Source: an uncultured Calditrichaceae bacterium (lineage in GTDB: Bacteria; Calditrichota; Calditrichia; RBG-13-44-9). Taken from it: 64,000 bases of DNA. The position numbers and the translations under genes were made by a program. The stretch lies in contig CAZUZS010000001.1 in assembly GCA_964624795.1 (NCBI GenBank), positions 57,260 to 121,259 on the forward strand, in the 5' to 3' direction. How positions within the stretch are numbered: the first letter of the stretch is position 1; each line of letters opens with the position of its first letter. Of this stretch, positions 9,420 to 19,604 are shown piece after piece. Below the pieces are notes generated by a model. That model was not told the origin of the DNA, made no database searches, and saw only the letters and a list, made by a program, of their open reading frames with translations.

Positions 9420-10454
9420 TTATGCGTTATCATTGTCGATTCTGGAGTAGCGAACCGTCTGGTTTCGTCCGTTGGATTTTGCGACATTCAACGCCTTTTC
9501 GGCTAATTGAATGGTCTCTGCGGGGGTGCTCACCTGTTCGAAATCGACCTTCACCAGGCCGGCACTAATGGTAATATGCTGATAATTTTGCTTTCGCTTG
9601 GGCGATAATTTTTTGAGCTCATAAAAATCCTGGTCAAAAAAACCGGCCTGATCAACCGCCGCACGAATTCGTTCCGCTTCGTAATAGGCGCCATTTTCAT
9701 CGGTATGCGGCAAAACAACGATAAAACGGTTGCCTGCGGACCGGAAGACAATATCCGTATGCCGGGTGTTGTTGAGTATCACGTTGGCTATGCGCATCAG
9801 GATATAATCGCCGGTCTGCTCGCCAAAAACATCATTTATTTTATGAAAAAGGTCAACATCCAGAGCCACAAGGGAAAGATCGCTGTGGTAGCGATGGGAA
9901 CGGGAAAGCTCTTCTTCCAGTCGTTTTTGGAGAAATGCCTTATTGTAGAGGCCGGTTAACAGATCGGTAATCTGGCCGGCTTCCAACTCGGTGGCCTTTT
10001 TCCGCAACATTTCGAGTTCCTTAAACGCGTGGCTGTGCTCTTCCACCAACTGCTGATTATCTGCCCGCAGGCGCTCGATGAGGTCTTTTTTGTGTAGAAG
10101 CGATTTGACCCGCGCGATCAGTTCTTTTGCGTTGAACGGCTTAAGAATATAATCGTCCGCGCCCAGTTCCAGGCCCAATACCCGGTGCTCATCCTCAACA
10201 TAGTTGGCAGACAGAAAAATGACTGGAATGTCTTTGGTGGTATCTTTTTCCTTCAGAATTTTGCAGGCATCGAAACCGCTAAGCACCGGCATGAGCGCGT
10301 CGAGGATTATAATATCCGGTTTCTCTTTTTCGGCTGCTTCGATGCCTTCCTTCCCATTGGCTGCCTTCGCAACATCGAATTCATAAAAATGAAACAGATG
10401 TTCCAGAGTATCGAGCATGTCTTCGTTATCGTCGACGATCAGAACTTTTGCCAT
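9420..10454 (-). CDS. Response regulator with receiver domain and a degenerate GGDEF domain (GG[DE]EF replaced by AGNRF)
   Basis: 'KVLIVDDNEDML...DIIILDALMP' is a receiver. The GGDEF fold 'LTGLYNKAFL...' carries 'RSAGNRFIVVL' where 'RYGGEEF' is expected. Confidence 0.75.
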   Translation of the reverse strand: MAKVLIVDDNEDMLDTLEHLFHFYEFDVAKAANGKEGIEAAEKEKPDIIILDALMPVLSGFDACKILKEKDTTKDIPVIFLSANYVEDEHRVLGLELGADDYILKPFNAKELIARVKSLLHKKDLIERLRADNQQLVEEHSHAFKELEMLRKKATELEAGQITDLLTGLYNKAFLQKRLEEELSRSHRYHSDLSLVALDVDLFHKINDVFGEQTGDYILMRIANVILNNTRHTDIVFRSAGNRFIVVLPHTDENGAYYEAERIRAAVDQAGFFDQDFYELKKLSPKRKQNYQHITISAGLVKVDFEQVSTPAETIQLAEKALNVAKSNGRNQTVRYSRIDNDNA

Positions 10455-10470
10455 GATTTACAATAACCTG

Positions 10471-11796
10471 CTATCTCATCTCTTTCAACAAACCGACCAG
10501 GTAATCCATTTCAGCCCGCGTACGTTTTTCCGTTACCGCGACCAGCAACCCGTTGCCCATCTTCACCTCCGCCAGGTCGATTCCGGCAAATACATTTTTT
10601 TCCGCCAGGCGATCGATGATCTGCCGCGCCGGAACCGGTGTTTCCACTGCAAATTCCTTGAAAAACGGACCGGGGTATTTGAGGCGGTAACCGTCCAGCC
10701 CGCTGATCTTTTCCGCCAGGTAGTGACTCTTCTGAAGCGTCAGATCGGCTACTTTTTTTACGCCGCTTTCTCCCACCAGAGAAAGGTAAACCAGTGCGGC
10801 CAGAGCGCAAAGCTGCGAATTTGTGCAAATATTGCTGGTTGCCTTCTCCCGCCGGATATGCTGTTCGCGGGTTTGCAGGGTCGTGACGAACGCCCGCTTT
10901 CCGTCCACATCGGTTGTCATTCCGACGATGCGGCCGGGCATCTTGCGAATCAGCGCTTTGGTGGCAGCAAATACACCCAGGTAAGGTCCACCGAAATTCA
11001 GCGCATTGCCGAACGACTGTCCCTCGCTCACTACAATATCTGCCCCGGTTTCTCCTGGCGTTTTTAATATGCCCAGGGAAATGGGATCCACCGATTGGAT
11101 AAACAGCGCACCCTGCCCATGAATCAAGTCGGCGAGGCCGTCGAGATCCTCCAGCAAACCATAATAATTCGGGTTCTGGACCACAACCGCGGCGGAATCC
11201 GAATCCAATTGTTTGAGTAGTGAATCCCGGCTGATTACGCCGTTGGAAAGTGTAATCGGGACAATCTCAATATCCTGATCCTTTGTATAAGTGCGAATGA
11301 TATCGAAGTAAAAGGGATTAATATTTTCGGCAACCAGAACCCGGCGTCTGCCAGTCTGGTGAGCTGCCATCAGGGCCGCCTCCGCCAAAGCCGATCCACC
11401 ATCATACATGGAAGCATTTGCGACATCCATGCCGGTAAGACGGCAAATCATGGTCTGGTATTCGTAAATTGCCTGCAGGGTGCCCTGGCTGACTTCCGCC
11501 TGGTAAGGTGTATAAGCAGTGTAAAATTCCGAGCGCCATAAAATATGCCGGACCGCGGCAGGCACGTAATGATCGTAGGCCCCTCCGCCCAGAAATGAAA
11601 TACCTGTCCTGTTTTTTGCGGCAAGATCGTTCATCGCCCGGGTCGCTTCGAATTCGCTTAATTCCGGCGGAATGTTCAATTCGCCCGTGAAACGGATGGA
11701 GTCCGGAATGTAGTCAACAAGACTCTCAAAATCTTTCACACCAATTGCATCTAACATGATCTCACGATCTTTTTCAGAATTCGCGATAAAAGCCAT
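10471..11796 (-). CDS. gcvPA: Glycine dehydrogenase (decarboxylating) subunit 1
   Basis: Family-typical N-terminus 'ANSEKDREIMLDAIGV...' and length. Confidence 0.9.
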   Translation of the reverse strand: MAFIANSEKDREIMLDAIGVKDFESLVDYIPDSIRFTGELNIPPELSEFEATRAMNDLAAKNRTGISFLGGGAYDHYVPAAVRHILWRSEFYTAYTPYQAEVSQGTLQAIYEYQTMICRLTGMDVANASMYDGGSALAEAALMAAHQTGRRRVLVAENINPFYFDIIRTYTKDQDIEIVPITLSNGVISRDSLLKQLDSDSAAVVVQNPNYYGLLEDLDGLADLIHGQGALFIQSVDPISLGILKTPGETGADIVVSEGQSFGNALNFGGPYLGVFAATKALIRKMPGRIVGMTTDVDGKRAFVTTLQTREQHIRREKATSNICTNSQLCALAALVYLSLVGESGVKKVADLTLQKSHYLAEKISGLDGYRLKYPGPFFKEFAVETPVPARQIIDRLAEKNVFAGIDLAEVKMGNGLLVAVTEKRTRAEMDYLVGLLKEMR

Positions 11797-11845
11797 CAGT
11801 TTCCCTCGATTTACAAAATCGTGTTTTCAGAACATTTCGAAGTCT

Positions 11846-12220
11846 TTAAATCAATTCTTCGTACTGCGCTTTATCCAGAAGATTTGCCGCTTCGGAATCG
11901 TCGGACATTTTGATTTTAATGATCCACCCATTACCATAGGGATCTTTATTGATCATCTCGGGCTGATCGGAGAGTTGATTATTTACGTCCACGATTTCGC
12001 CGGACAGGGGAGCAAACATATCCGAAACTGCCTTCACAGCTTCGATTGTACCAAAGCTCTCGCCCTGGGTGCTGTCCGAACCAACCTCGGGAAGCTCAAC
12101 GTAAACTATGTCTCCCAATTCGCTTTGCGCGAAATCCGTAATGCCGATTGTGGCAACACCATTTTCAATACGAGCCCATTCATGATCTTTCGTGTACTTC
12201 AGTTCTCCGGGAATCTGCAT
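11846..12220 (-). CDS. gcvH: Glycine cleavage system H protein
   Basis: 'MQIPGELKYTKDHEWARI...' aligns with the E. coli GcvH N-terminus; lipoyl-Lys context 'IEAVKAVSD'; GGAGGA 5 nt upstream of this ATG. Confidence 0.9.
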   Translation of the reverse strand: MQIPGELKYTKDHEWARIENGVATIGITDFAQSELGDIVYVELPEVGSDSTQGESFGTIEAVKAVSDMFAPLSGEIVDVNNQLSDQPEMINKDPYGNGWIIKIKMSDDSEAANLLDKAQYEELI

Positions 12221-12232
12221 TAGGTCCTCCAA

Positions 12233-13591
12233 TCAAATTTCAATTAATTTTTTGCTGTATATTTTTTCGATAAAATTGGTATCAAAATCACCGGCCTGAA
12301 ACTCCGGCGTGTTGATGACATATTGATGAAACGGAATAGTGGTTTTTATTCCTTCTACCACAAATTCATCCAGCGCCCTTCTCAATCGGGCAATCGCCTC
12401 CTGGCGATCTGCCCCGTGGACGATCAGCTTGCCGATTAATGAATCGTAATAGGGCGAAATTTTGTAAGTGGCATAAATGTGCGTATCCACCCGTGTTCCA
12501 GGCCCGCCGGGCTGGTAAAAGGAAGTAATCTCTCCGGGTGAGGGGATAAAATTGTTATCCGGGTCCTCGGCATTTATCCGGCATTCGATGGCGTGACCGA
12601 CCGGCTTTAGATTTTCCTGCTTCAATTTAAGCTTCTGGCCGTTGGCAATCCGAAGTTGTTCCTTTATAAGGTCCACATTGTAAACCATCTCCGTCACCGG
12701 GTGCTCCACCTGGATCCGGGTATTCATTTCCATAAAATAATAATTCAGATCTTTGTCTACCAGGAATTCAATTGTGCCTGCACTTGTGTATCCGACGTGC
12801 AGTGCCCCTTTCGCAGCGGCTTCGCCCATCATTTTGCGTACCTTCGCCGAAATTATTGGGGACGGGGACTCCTCGATCAGTTTTTGGTGCCGCCGTTGGA
12901 TAGAGCACTCACGCTCCCCCAGGTAAACCATGTTTCCTTTATCGTCGCCCAACAACTGGATTTCAATGTGGCGGGGATTTTCGATGAACTTTTCGAGGTA
13001 GAGGCCGGAATTTCCGAATGCCGCTTCCGCTTCGGCCCTGGCCATCATGTAACTGTTTTCCAGGTTTTCTTCCTTCCACACAATGCGCATTCCTTTACCG
13101 CCGCCACCGGCAACCGCCTTTAATATCACCGGGAAGCCCATTTCCTTTGCTATGCTTCTGGCATCGGTCTCCGATTTCACTATTCCTTCGCTGCCGGGAA
13201 CAACCGGTACTCCGGCGCTGGTCATGGATTTTTTGGCTTCCGCCTTGTCGCCCATTTTTCGAATGACTTCGGGCGTGGGGCCGATAAAAGTAATTTCGCA
13301 GGAATTGCACATTTCGGCAAACTGAGCATTTTCCGCCAGGAAACCGTAGCCCGGATGGATGGCGTCCGATCCGGTAATTTCTGCCGCAGAAATAATGCGG
13401 CTGGCATTCAGGTAACTCTGGTTGCTCTGCGGCGGGCCGATGCAGACTGCTTCGTCGGCAAATACCGTGTGAAGCGCATTCTCATCGGTCGTAGAATAAA
13501 CGGCAACCGTTTTGATGTCCAGTTCCTTGCAGGCGCGAATAATCCGGATCGCAATTTCGCCCCGATTGGCAATGAGTACTTTATTGAACAA
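12233..13591 (-). CDS. accC: Acetyl-CoA carboxylase biotin carboxylase subunit
   Basis: '[18 protein letters not shown]' and ATP-grasp motifs. Confidence 0.9.
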   Translation of the reverse strand: MFNKVLIANRGEIAIRIIRACKELDIKTVAVYSTTDENALHTVFADEAVCIGPPQSNQSYLNASRIISAAEITGSDAIHPGYGFLAENAQFAEMCNSCEITFIGPTPEVIRKMGDKAEAKKSMTSAGVPVVPGSEGIVKSETDARSIAKEMGFPVILKAVAGGGGKGMRIVWKEENLENSYMMARAEAEAAFGNSGLYLEKFIENPRHIEIQLLGDDKGNMVYLGERECSIQRRHQKLIEESPSPIISAKVRKMMGEAAAKGALHVGYTSAGTIEFLVDKDLNYYFMEMNTRIQVEHPVTEMVYNVDLIKEQLRIANGQKLKLKQENLKPVGHAIECRINAEDPDNNFIPSPGEITSFYQPGGPGTRVDTHIYATYKISPYYDSLIGKLIVHGADRQEAIARLRRALDEFVVEGIKTTIPFHQYVINTPEFQAGDFDTNFIEKIYSKKLIEI

Positions 13592-13619
13592 AAAGCGTTC
13601 TCCCCGTGGATTTTACGTG

Positions 13620-14114
13620 TTATGCTTTTTCGATGAGAAACAGAACCTGGTCGAATTCCACCGGTTGGGCATTTTCCACTACAATTTTGGTGATGCGGCC
13701 GCTGAATTCGGATTGGATTTCATTCATCAGTTTCATCGCCTCAATGATGCACAATGTCTGTCCCGGTTTTACAGTATCGCCTATTTCCACATACGGATCC
13801 GCGTCGGGAGCAGGCGCCCTGTAAAAGGTGCCGACCATCGGTGAGCGGACCTCAACGACGTTGGCCGCCAACTCCGGTTCCGGTTTCTTCTCCGTTTCGG
13901 TGGCTGCAGGTTGTTGGGCGGTTACGCCGGGTGGCGGGGCAGGTAATGAAACCTGGTACGGCGCGTAGTTACCGCCATTGGGTGCGGGAGCGGATTGGAG
14001 ATAGCGGTTATTCTTGGTGATTCTGATCTTTCGTCCCTCTTCAACAATCTCGATTTCCCCTATTTCGCTCTTTTCTACCACCTTAATAAGTTGCTTAATT
14101 TCCTGGAAATCCAT
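13620..14114 (-). CDS. accB: Acetyl-CoA carboxylase biotin carboxyl carrier protein
   Basis: Biotinylation motif 'EAMKLMNEI'; Pro/Ala-rich linker. Confidence 0.85.
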   Translation of the reverse strand: MDFQEIKQLIKVVEKSEIGEIEIVEEGRKIRITKNNRYLQSAPAPNGGNYAPYQVSLPAPPPGVTAQQPAATETEKKPEPELAANVVEVRSPMVGTFYRAPAPDADPYVEIGDTVKPGQTLCIIEAMKLMNEIQSEFSGRITKIVVENAQPVEFDQVLFLIEKA

Positions 14115-14191
14115 CCATCCTCCGGATTTTACTATATAATTTTTTCAATTTAAAAGGTACACCTAATTTTTGCAAGAGTTATTTTCCTGGC

Positions 14192-14779
14192 CTATCTATA
14201 CAACTGTTTCTCTTGAATATAGAGATCAACTGCATCGGGCACCAAATAGCGCACTGAGTGCCCCTCACGCACCCGATTTCTCACGAACGTGGAAGAGATT
14301 TCCAACAGCGGTACATGAACAAACCGGATCGATTGCAGGAATGGCTGCGCTGCCTCCCCCGGCTTGAAACCGGGTCTTCCGAAAGCGACCACCTGGCATT
14401 TCTCCAGAATCTCATCCGGTGCCTTCCAGCGGTGCAAATCGTTTACATTATCCATTCCGATAAGAAAGTAAAAACTCGGCGAAATTTCAGCGAACTGTTC
14501 AAGAAGGCCATTAATCGTGTCAATAGTGTAGGAGACACTATCTCGTTTCAGCTCGATATCAACAACCCGGAGATATTGATTATTTGCGCAAGCCAGCTCG
14601 GCCATTCTCAGACGATGCTGTGGACCAACAATGTCCTGGTTATTTTTGAGCGGGTGAATATTAGCCGGAATAAACCAGATTTCCTCCAATCCCAGCTCAT
14701 CCCGCAGGTATTCGGAAATGATAAGGTGACCATTGTGGATGGGGTCGAAAGTCCCCCCGAAGAGTCCGATTTTTTTCAT
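14192..14779 (-). CDS. nadD: Nicotinate-nucleotide adenylyltransferase
   Basis: 'GLFGGTFDPIHNGHL' (HxGH nucleotidyltransferase motif). Confidence 0.85.
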   Translation of the reverse strand: MKKIGLFGGTFDPIHNGHLIISEYLRDELGLEEIWFIPANIHPLKNNQDIVGPQHRLRMAELACANNQYLRVVDIELKRDSVSYTIDTINGLLEQFAEISPSFYFLIGMDNVNDLHRWKAPDEILEKCQVVAFGRPGFKPGEAAQPFLQSIRFVHVPLLEISSTFVRNRVREGHSVRYLVPDAVDLYIQEKQLYR

Positions 14780-14786
14780 TGGCAGA

Positions 14787-15587
14787 TTATTTATCCGTTT
14801 CCTGATTGACAGCTTCGCTTTTGTTATGGTTCTCCTGGATATTCTCTATTCGGGAGCGGGCTTGTTTCCGGTACTCGCTCTTGGGATATTTCTCAATGAA
14901 TGCTGTGAAATTTGACAGCGCCTCATCATACTGCTTCAGTTTATATTGGCATTCAGCCTTCCAGAACATGGCCTTTTCGGCATAAGGTGTGTCGTAATAC
15001 TGGTCCAGCAGAATATCGTAGTATATGATGGCCGAATCGTAAATCCCCATTTTGCGGTAAACATTGCCGCCGCTTTTGAGTAGTTTTTTGGCCAATTTAT
15101 CGCGCAGTTTGGCAATCTGCTTCTCCGCGTCGGGGCGCAGGTCGGACGAAGGATAGGCTTCTATAAAATTCTGAAAATGGCGAAGCGCTTTTTGGGTGTA
15201 TTCCTGGTCCAATTCTGCGCGCTGGGACAACTCCGCGTAGCTCAAGCCAATTTTGTAGAACGCCTTTTCCACATAAGGGCTTTCAGGGTAATCGTCCACA
15301 ACTTTTTGATATTCGGCAACCGCGATCAGGTACTCCCCGTTCCCAAAATGAGATTCCGCCAGGTAATACTGGGCATCATCAATCACCGGGTCGCCGCTGA
15401 ACTTCAGCACAATTACGGTGAATTCAGTGATGGCGGTGAGGTATTTGCCCTTGTCGAACAACCCTTTTGCATATTCGAAATAGGCCTGCGCACCCAGATC
15501 CGATCTGTTTATTTTTGGACTGCAACTTGCCAATAACAGAATTCCTGATAAAACAAGGAAAAAGTATTTTGAAATCTTGCCTGTCAT
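14787..15587 (-). CDS. bamD: Outer membrane protein assembly factor BamD-like TPR lipoprotein
   Basis: Lipoprotein signal 'LLLASCSP'; BamD/YfiO-like TPR architecture. Confidence 0.65.
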   Translation of the reverse strand: MTGKISKYFFLVLSGILLLASCSPKINRSDLGAQAYFEYAKGLFDKGKYLTAITEFTVIVLKFSGDPVIDDAQYYLAESHFGNGEYLIAVAEYQKVVDDYPESPYVEKAFYKIGLSYAELSQRAELDQEYTQKALRHFQNFIEAYPSSDLRPDAEKQIAKLRDKLAKKLLKSGGNVYRKMGIYDSAIIYYDILLDQYYDTPYAEKAMFWKAECQYKLKQYDEALSNFTAFIEKYPKSEYRKQARSRIENIQENHNKSEAVNQETDK

Positions 15588-16231
15588 TACGAACTACTCC
15601 TCAAAGTATAAAATAAATAAACTACCCCGGCTGTCGTAACAGTGACCAGAGCCGGCTCAACCAGCCATTTTAAGAATTTCGACTCCGATTTGGTTCCGAT
15701 AGTGAACGGATAGTCTACGTTTTCTACCAGTTTAACAGTGGAACGCTCGATCACATCATCATATTGATGAGTTTTAGTGCGCGAGTGAAGAATGGAGTTT
15801 TGACCATTCTCAATAAAAAAAGAAACCGTCGCTTCAATCTCCCGCGCATATTTCGTAGCCCGGAAAAGCAGGTTACGATCCACCGTGCGGTATCTGATAC
15901 TATTGTTAATCTTCTCAAATACAATTTTCCCGACCTCCCGGGAGGGTGAAGTCAAAGAATCGTACAATATATAATTTCTTTTCAAAAGCGCTTCACGCAG
16001 ATCGGCGACTGCCCATCTGCCCACCTCATTTTTATCTTTCAGCACGATCTGAATGCCATCCTGGCGGTGTGCCTGCGAATCCAGGGCCGCAAGAACCGGC
16101 TGCACAATCAGGTCGGCTAACACCTGTTGGTTGGTCGGCACCTGCGCATTCCCCGTATTGAATATGAGGAGAATTGTTGCTGTGAGGATACCGGATATAT
16201 GTAAATTTTTCGGTTTACTCATGCCCACCAT
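15587..16231 (-). CDS. Hypothetical exported protein with a C-terminal transmembrane helix
   Basis: N-terminal signal 'ILTATILLIFNTGNAQ'; C-terminal hydrophobic 'LVTVTTAGVVYLFYTL'. ATGA overlap with bamD suggests co-transcription. Confidence 0.45.
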   Translation of the reverse strand: MVGMSKPKNLHISGILTATILLIFNTGNAQVPTNQQVLADLIVQPVLAALDSQAHRQDGIQIVLKDKNEVGRWAVADLREALLKRNYILYDSLTSPSREVGKIVFEKINNSIRYRTVDRNLLFRATKYAREIEATVSFFIENGQNSILHSRTKTHQYDDVIERSTVKLVENVDYPFTIGTKSESKFLKWLVEPALVTVTTAGVVYLFYTLRSSS

Positions 16232-17806
16232 TTATATTATTGCCTTGCGTTCGTACCAAATCCAACTGATTAATTTAAACAATAATATAAGGAAAGACAC
16301 TATGAGTGTAAATTTTCCAAACCACTCGCCGTGCTTTGTGTAAAAGCTGTGCTTTTTGTCGACTGGCAGGTATGCCACCATGTCTTTTCGTATGTTCAAA
16401 CCGGCCTTTTGCAATACCTTGCCGGTGGGATCGATGAAGCAGGAAATTCCCGTATTGGCATTTCGAATAATACTCACCCGGTTCTCGATGGCGCGGAATA
16501 CCGCATACCGGGCATGCTGGTAAGGGCCGCTGGTCAGACCAAACCAGCCGTCATTGGTAATGATAGTCAGCAGATCCGCACCGTTTTTAACAAAGCCGCG
16601 AACCACGTGCGGAAAAACAGAATCGAAACAGATGACCGCCGCCAATCCCGTCTTAACATGTTGCATCCCCGCCGGCTGGTCGGGCCGGAAGGCGCCGTTA
16701 TCAAAACGCCCGCTTCGGGCAGGCAGATCGATTTTAAATACCGTAAATTTATTACCGTGAAAGAAATCGCCGCCGCCGACATTCAGTTTTCGCAGGAACG
16801 GAAACACATTTTTGAAAGGCATGCTCTCCGCTGCCGGCACCAGGGCCAGCTTATAATAATAATCGAAAACAGGGTCTCCGGGACGGAAGAAAAAAGCGGC
16901 ATTGTAAGTTCGATAATCGTCATCCTGTGCATTGAAGGCATAATCCGGTGTTCCGGTAAGAAGATAGATGCCGGTAGAATCCACAAAGTTGTTTATTGCG
17001 TGGCGGCTTTCAACACGGGATCGCAGGTAAAACGGCGTGGCGGTTTCCGGCCAGACAATTATCTGTGGTTTCAAGGGCAGCATCTCGCGGCTGGCATCCA
17101 TCAACATGTCGAAAGCTTCTTTCTGGAATTGCGGCTCCCATTTCTCATAGGGATCAACATTCGGTTGCACCAGCCCGGCCTTGATGAGCGGGTAACTGGC
17201 ATTTTCAATGGTGTCGATGCGAATTTGACCGTAAATAAAAAGCACTGCCAGGATGGCCGCGGTGGTGGCCGGGGAAATCCACAGCCAGCTCTTTTTCCAG
17301 CGAAACGCCGCGTAAATCAAAGTAGTTATGACGATGAGCAAGAACGACAAACCCAGGTAGCCGCTAATTTCGATGATTTGAATGAATGGCCGGTAGTAGG
17401 TCTGGGTATAGGCCAGCGTCATCCAGTTGAACCTGATGTCCGAAAACAGCCGCAGGTATTCCATTGCTGTCCAGATGAACGGCAGGCTGAAGATCGCCAG
17501 CTTTTCGCTCCGTTTTTTCAGCAGCGCGTAAATCCAGAACACAATGGCGTAGTGCAGCGCATTAATAGTGATTGCCAGGATGGCGCCGGTCAATGTGCTG
17601 GCAGCAATCCAGAAAAGCGTCATGGCGCCCCATATCAGGCCAAGCCAGTAACCCAGCCGGAAACTTTCCCGCGCCCCTTTGTCTTTCAGAAACCACAGAA
17701 AATAAGCCAGTGCAAAGGGAGCCATGATTCCTGTCGGAAACGGCGGAAAACTCAAGGCTAAGAGAATGGAAACCGGTATGAGTTTTTTAAATTCTGTTTT
17801 GTTCAT
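16232..17806 (-). CDS. lnt: Apolipoprotein N-acyltransferase
   Basis: N-terminal polytopic membrane segment plus CN-hydrolase domain with catalytic-Cys context 'AAVICFDSVFP'. Confidence 0.8.
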   Translation of the reverse strand: MNKTEFKKLIPVSILLALSFPPFPTGIMAPFALAYFLWFLKDKGARESFRLGYWLGLIWGAMTLFWIAASTLTGAILAITINALHYAIVFWIYALLKKRSEKLAIFSLPFIWTAMEYLRLFSDIRFNWMTLAYTQTYYRPFIQIIEISGYLGLSFLLIVITTLIYAAFRWKKSWLWISPATTAAILAVLFIYGQIRIDTIENASYPLIKAGLVQPNVDPYEKWEPQFQKEAFDMLMDASREMLPLKPQIIVWPETATPFYLRSRVESRHAINNFVDSTGIYLLTGTPDYAFNAQDDDYRTYNAAFFFRPGDPVFDYYYKLALVPAAESMPFKNVFPFLRKLNVGGGDFFHGNKFTVFKIDLPARSGRFDNGAFRPDQPAGMQHVKTGLAAVICFDSVFPHVVRGFVKNGADLLTIITNDGWFGLTSGPYQHARYAVFRAIENRVSIIRNANTGISCFIDPTGKVLQKAGLNIRKDMVAYLPVDKKHSFYTKHGEWFGKFTLIVSFLILLFKLISWIWYERKAII

Positions 17807-18029
17807 GTAGTTGTTATGTTTAGCATGGATTCTTACAAGGTAGTGAAACGCAATTCGTCCCTAACAGTTTCACCTTCAAAATATTTGCAGAGCGGCAGTT
17901 TTGCAGATCCTTATATTATAATTCAAGCACACCTTCACGGGACGTTGGGCGGGTATTTCTCCGCTTTGCGATTATCCCACCCGATTTTGTGCCGCTAAGC
18001 TTTCGCCTGACAGGGAGGCAATGATGCGG

Positions 18030-19073
18030 TTACTCTTTATCAAACGTTATTTCACGCCCATCGTGGAACGACTGATAGATGGCATCAGTAATCGACAGCA
18101 CCTTCACTGCGTCGTCGATCGGAGATTCAAGCTGGCTTACCCTGCCTGTGAGGTAATCAAAGAAATGATTGACTTCATTTTCGTAGCCCTTTTTAAAATG
18201 AGCGATCCGGGAATCTTTCACATCAGGAGTAATATTGACGATCTGCCCGTGCCAGAATTTTTGCAGACGCAGCGGATTCAACATCCCGGTGCCGTTTTCG
18301 CCTGCAACTTCCAGAAAGAGCTGATCCTTGGTAACAGGGAAATCCCAACTCACTTCCAGGGAGAGGGAAATTTGGTTATCGAAAGTCACGCATGCTACGC
18401 AAAAATCTTCAACCGCCAGACTCTTTTCAACCTTGAAAGAAAACGCTTTGGTCGCGAGCGGATCTGGTTTATCCAGCAGCCACCAGGCCAGGTCAATCAT
18501 CTGCACTCCCAGGTCCAGGACCACACCGCCGCCCGACACATTCTTCTGGAATAGCCACGGTTGCTTGATAGCCTGGTGCCGCGCCTGCAGCCAACCGGCC
18601 TTCAGGAAAAACAAGTCTCCCAATTCACGGTCTTTGAGAAAAGTCCGAAGTGCATTGGCATCGGTGCGGAAGCGGTTGTGCATTCCCACAAAAACCATCC
18701 GCCCTGCCGAAGCGGCCTTTCGCCGGATGCGTTCTGCTTCATCTGAGTTGCGGGCAGCTGGCTTTTCCAGAAAAACATGAACACCGTAATCCAATGCGAT
18801 CAGGCTCATGGGTAGATGCAGGTTATTGGGAGTAAGAATAAAGACCGCCTCCAATTCCTCGGCCCGCAGCATCTCGGCAATGTCATCATAGATATGAGGT
18901 ATCCCGAATTTGTTCGCAACAACCGCCGCCTTGCTGGCATCGGCATCGCAAAGCGCCTGAACCTTGACATCCGGATGCCTGGTTAAGACCGGCAGATGAA
19001 TCACCTGGGCGATGTTGCCTGCTCCAACCACTCCCACCGGAATGGGAATTCCTCCCCCGTTCGGATCATTCAT
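18030..19073 (-). CDS. Gfo/Idh/MocA family NAD(P)-dependent oxidoreductase
   Basis: 'VGVVGAGNIAQVIHLPVL...EKPAARN' is a Rossmann fold with the EKP motif. Confidence 0.8.
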   Translation of the reverse strand: MNDPNGGGIPIPVGVVGAGNIAQVIHLPVLTRHPDVKVQALCDADASKAAVVANKFGIPHIYDDIAEMLRAEELEAVFILTPNNLHLPMSLIALDYGVHVFLEKPAARNSDEAERIRRKAASAGRMVFVGMHNRFRTDANALRTFLKDRELGDLFFLKAGWLQARHQAIKQPWLFQKNVSGGGVVLDLGVQMIDLAWWLLDKPDPLATKAFSFKVEKSLAVEDFCVACVTFDNQISLSLEVSWDFPVTKDQLFLEVAGENGTGMLNPLRLQKFWHGQIVNITPDVKDSRIAHFKKGYENEVNHFFDYLTGRVSQLESPIDDAVKVLSITDAIYQSFHDGREITFDKE

Positions 19074-19498
19074 AAAACCCTCTCGCGTTTTTCCCTGTCC
19101 AGAAAGGTCTGTAAAATAGTTTGTGCAGCCATTTGGTCAATTTTGCCCCTCTCTTTTCCGGCTTTTTTTCCCATCTGGTGCAGGGTGAGGTGTGCCTGCC
19201 GGGTTGTTAGCCGCTCATCCATGAAAAAAATGGGAATCCCCGTGAATTGGGTGAGATTCTCACGGAATTCACGAACCTGCCGGGTTTTGTCCGAATCGGT
19301 TCCCTTCATCGTAAGCGGCAAACCCAGCACGATTTTTTCAACTGAATATTCGACTACAATATCCCGGATTTCCTGCAAAAGCTTTTTCATGGAATCGTAA
19401 TGGAGGGTTTTAAAAGACTGCGCAATGAGCAGGGTCGGATCGCTCAGTGCAAGGCCAACCCGTTTCTCCCCGAAATCTATTCCCAGGTAGCGCGCCAT
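19070..19498 (-). CDS. ruvX: Holliday junction resolvase-like RuvX/YqgF
   Basis: 'YLGIDFGEKRVGLALSD' is the YqgF signature. Confidence 0.85.
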   Translation of the reverse strand: MARYLGIDFGEKRVGLALSDPTLLIAQSFKTLHYDSMKKLLQEIRDIVVEYSVEKIVLGLPLTMKGTDSDKTRQVREFRENLTQFTGIPIFFMDERLTTRQAHLTLHQMGKKAGKERGKIDQMAAQTILQTFLDREKRERVL

Positions 19499-19512
19499 AT
19501 TTCCTCACTATA

Positions 19513-19550
19513 ATAAAAAAACCGCTCCTTAAAACAAATTAAGGAGCGGT
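19513..19550 (-). terminator. Rho-independent terminator downstream of the HU gene
   Basis: Hairpin ccgctcctt/aaggagcgg (9 bp) at 19522-19549, followed on the minus strand by a 7-nt T-run. Confidence 0.7.
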
Positions 19551-19604
19551 AATTTACGTTAAATAAATAAATTATGTCAAATTCTTTATTAATTTAAAAA
19601 TCCT

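Noticed and set aside
10511-10828. 105-aa minus-strand ORF, Arg/Gly-rich
   Set aside because: It is an alternative frame inside gcvPA, which has strong homology in its own frame.
12221-12232. Glycine riboswitch upstream of the gcv genes
   Set aside because: Only about 12 bp separate accC and gcvH, leaving no room for an aptamer, and no gcvT is present in the window.
16331-17761. 476-aa plus-strand ORF
   Set aside because: It is antisense to lnt, which has a clear CN-hydrolase signature; it is Arg/Gly-rich with no motifs, so it is a shadow ORF.
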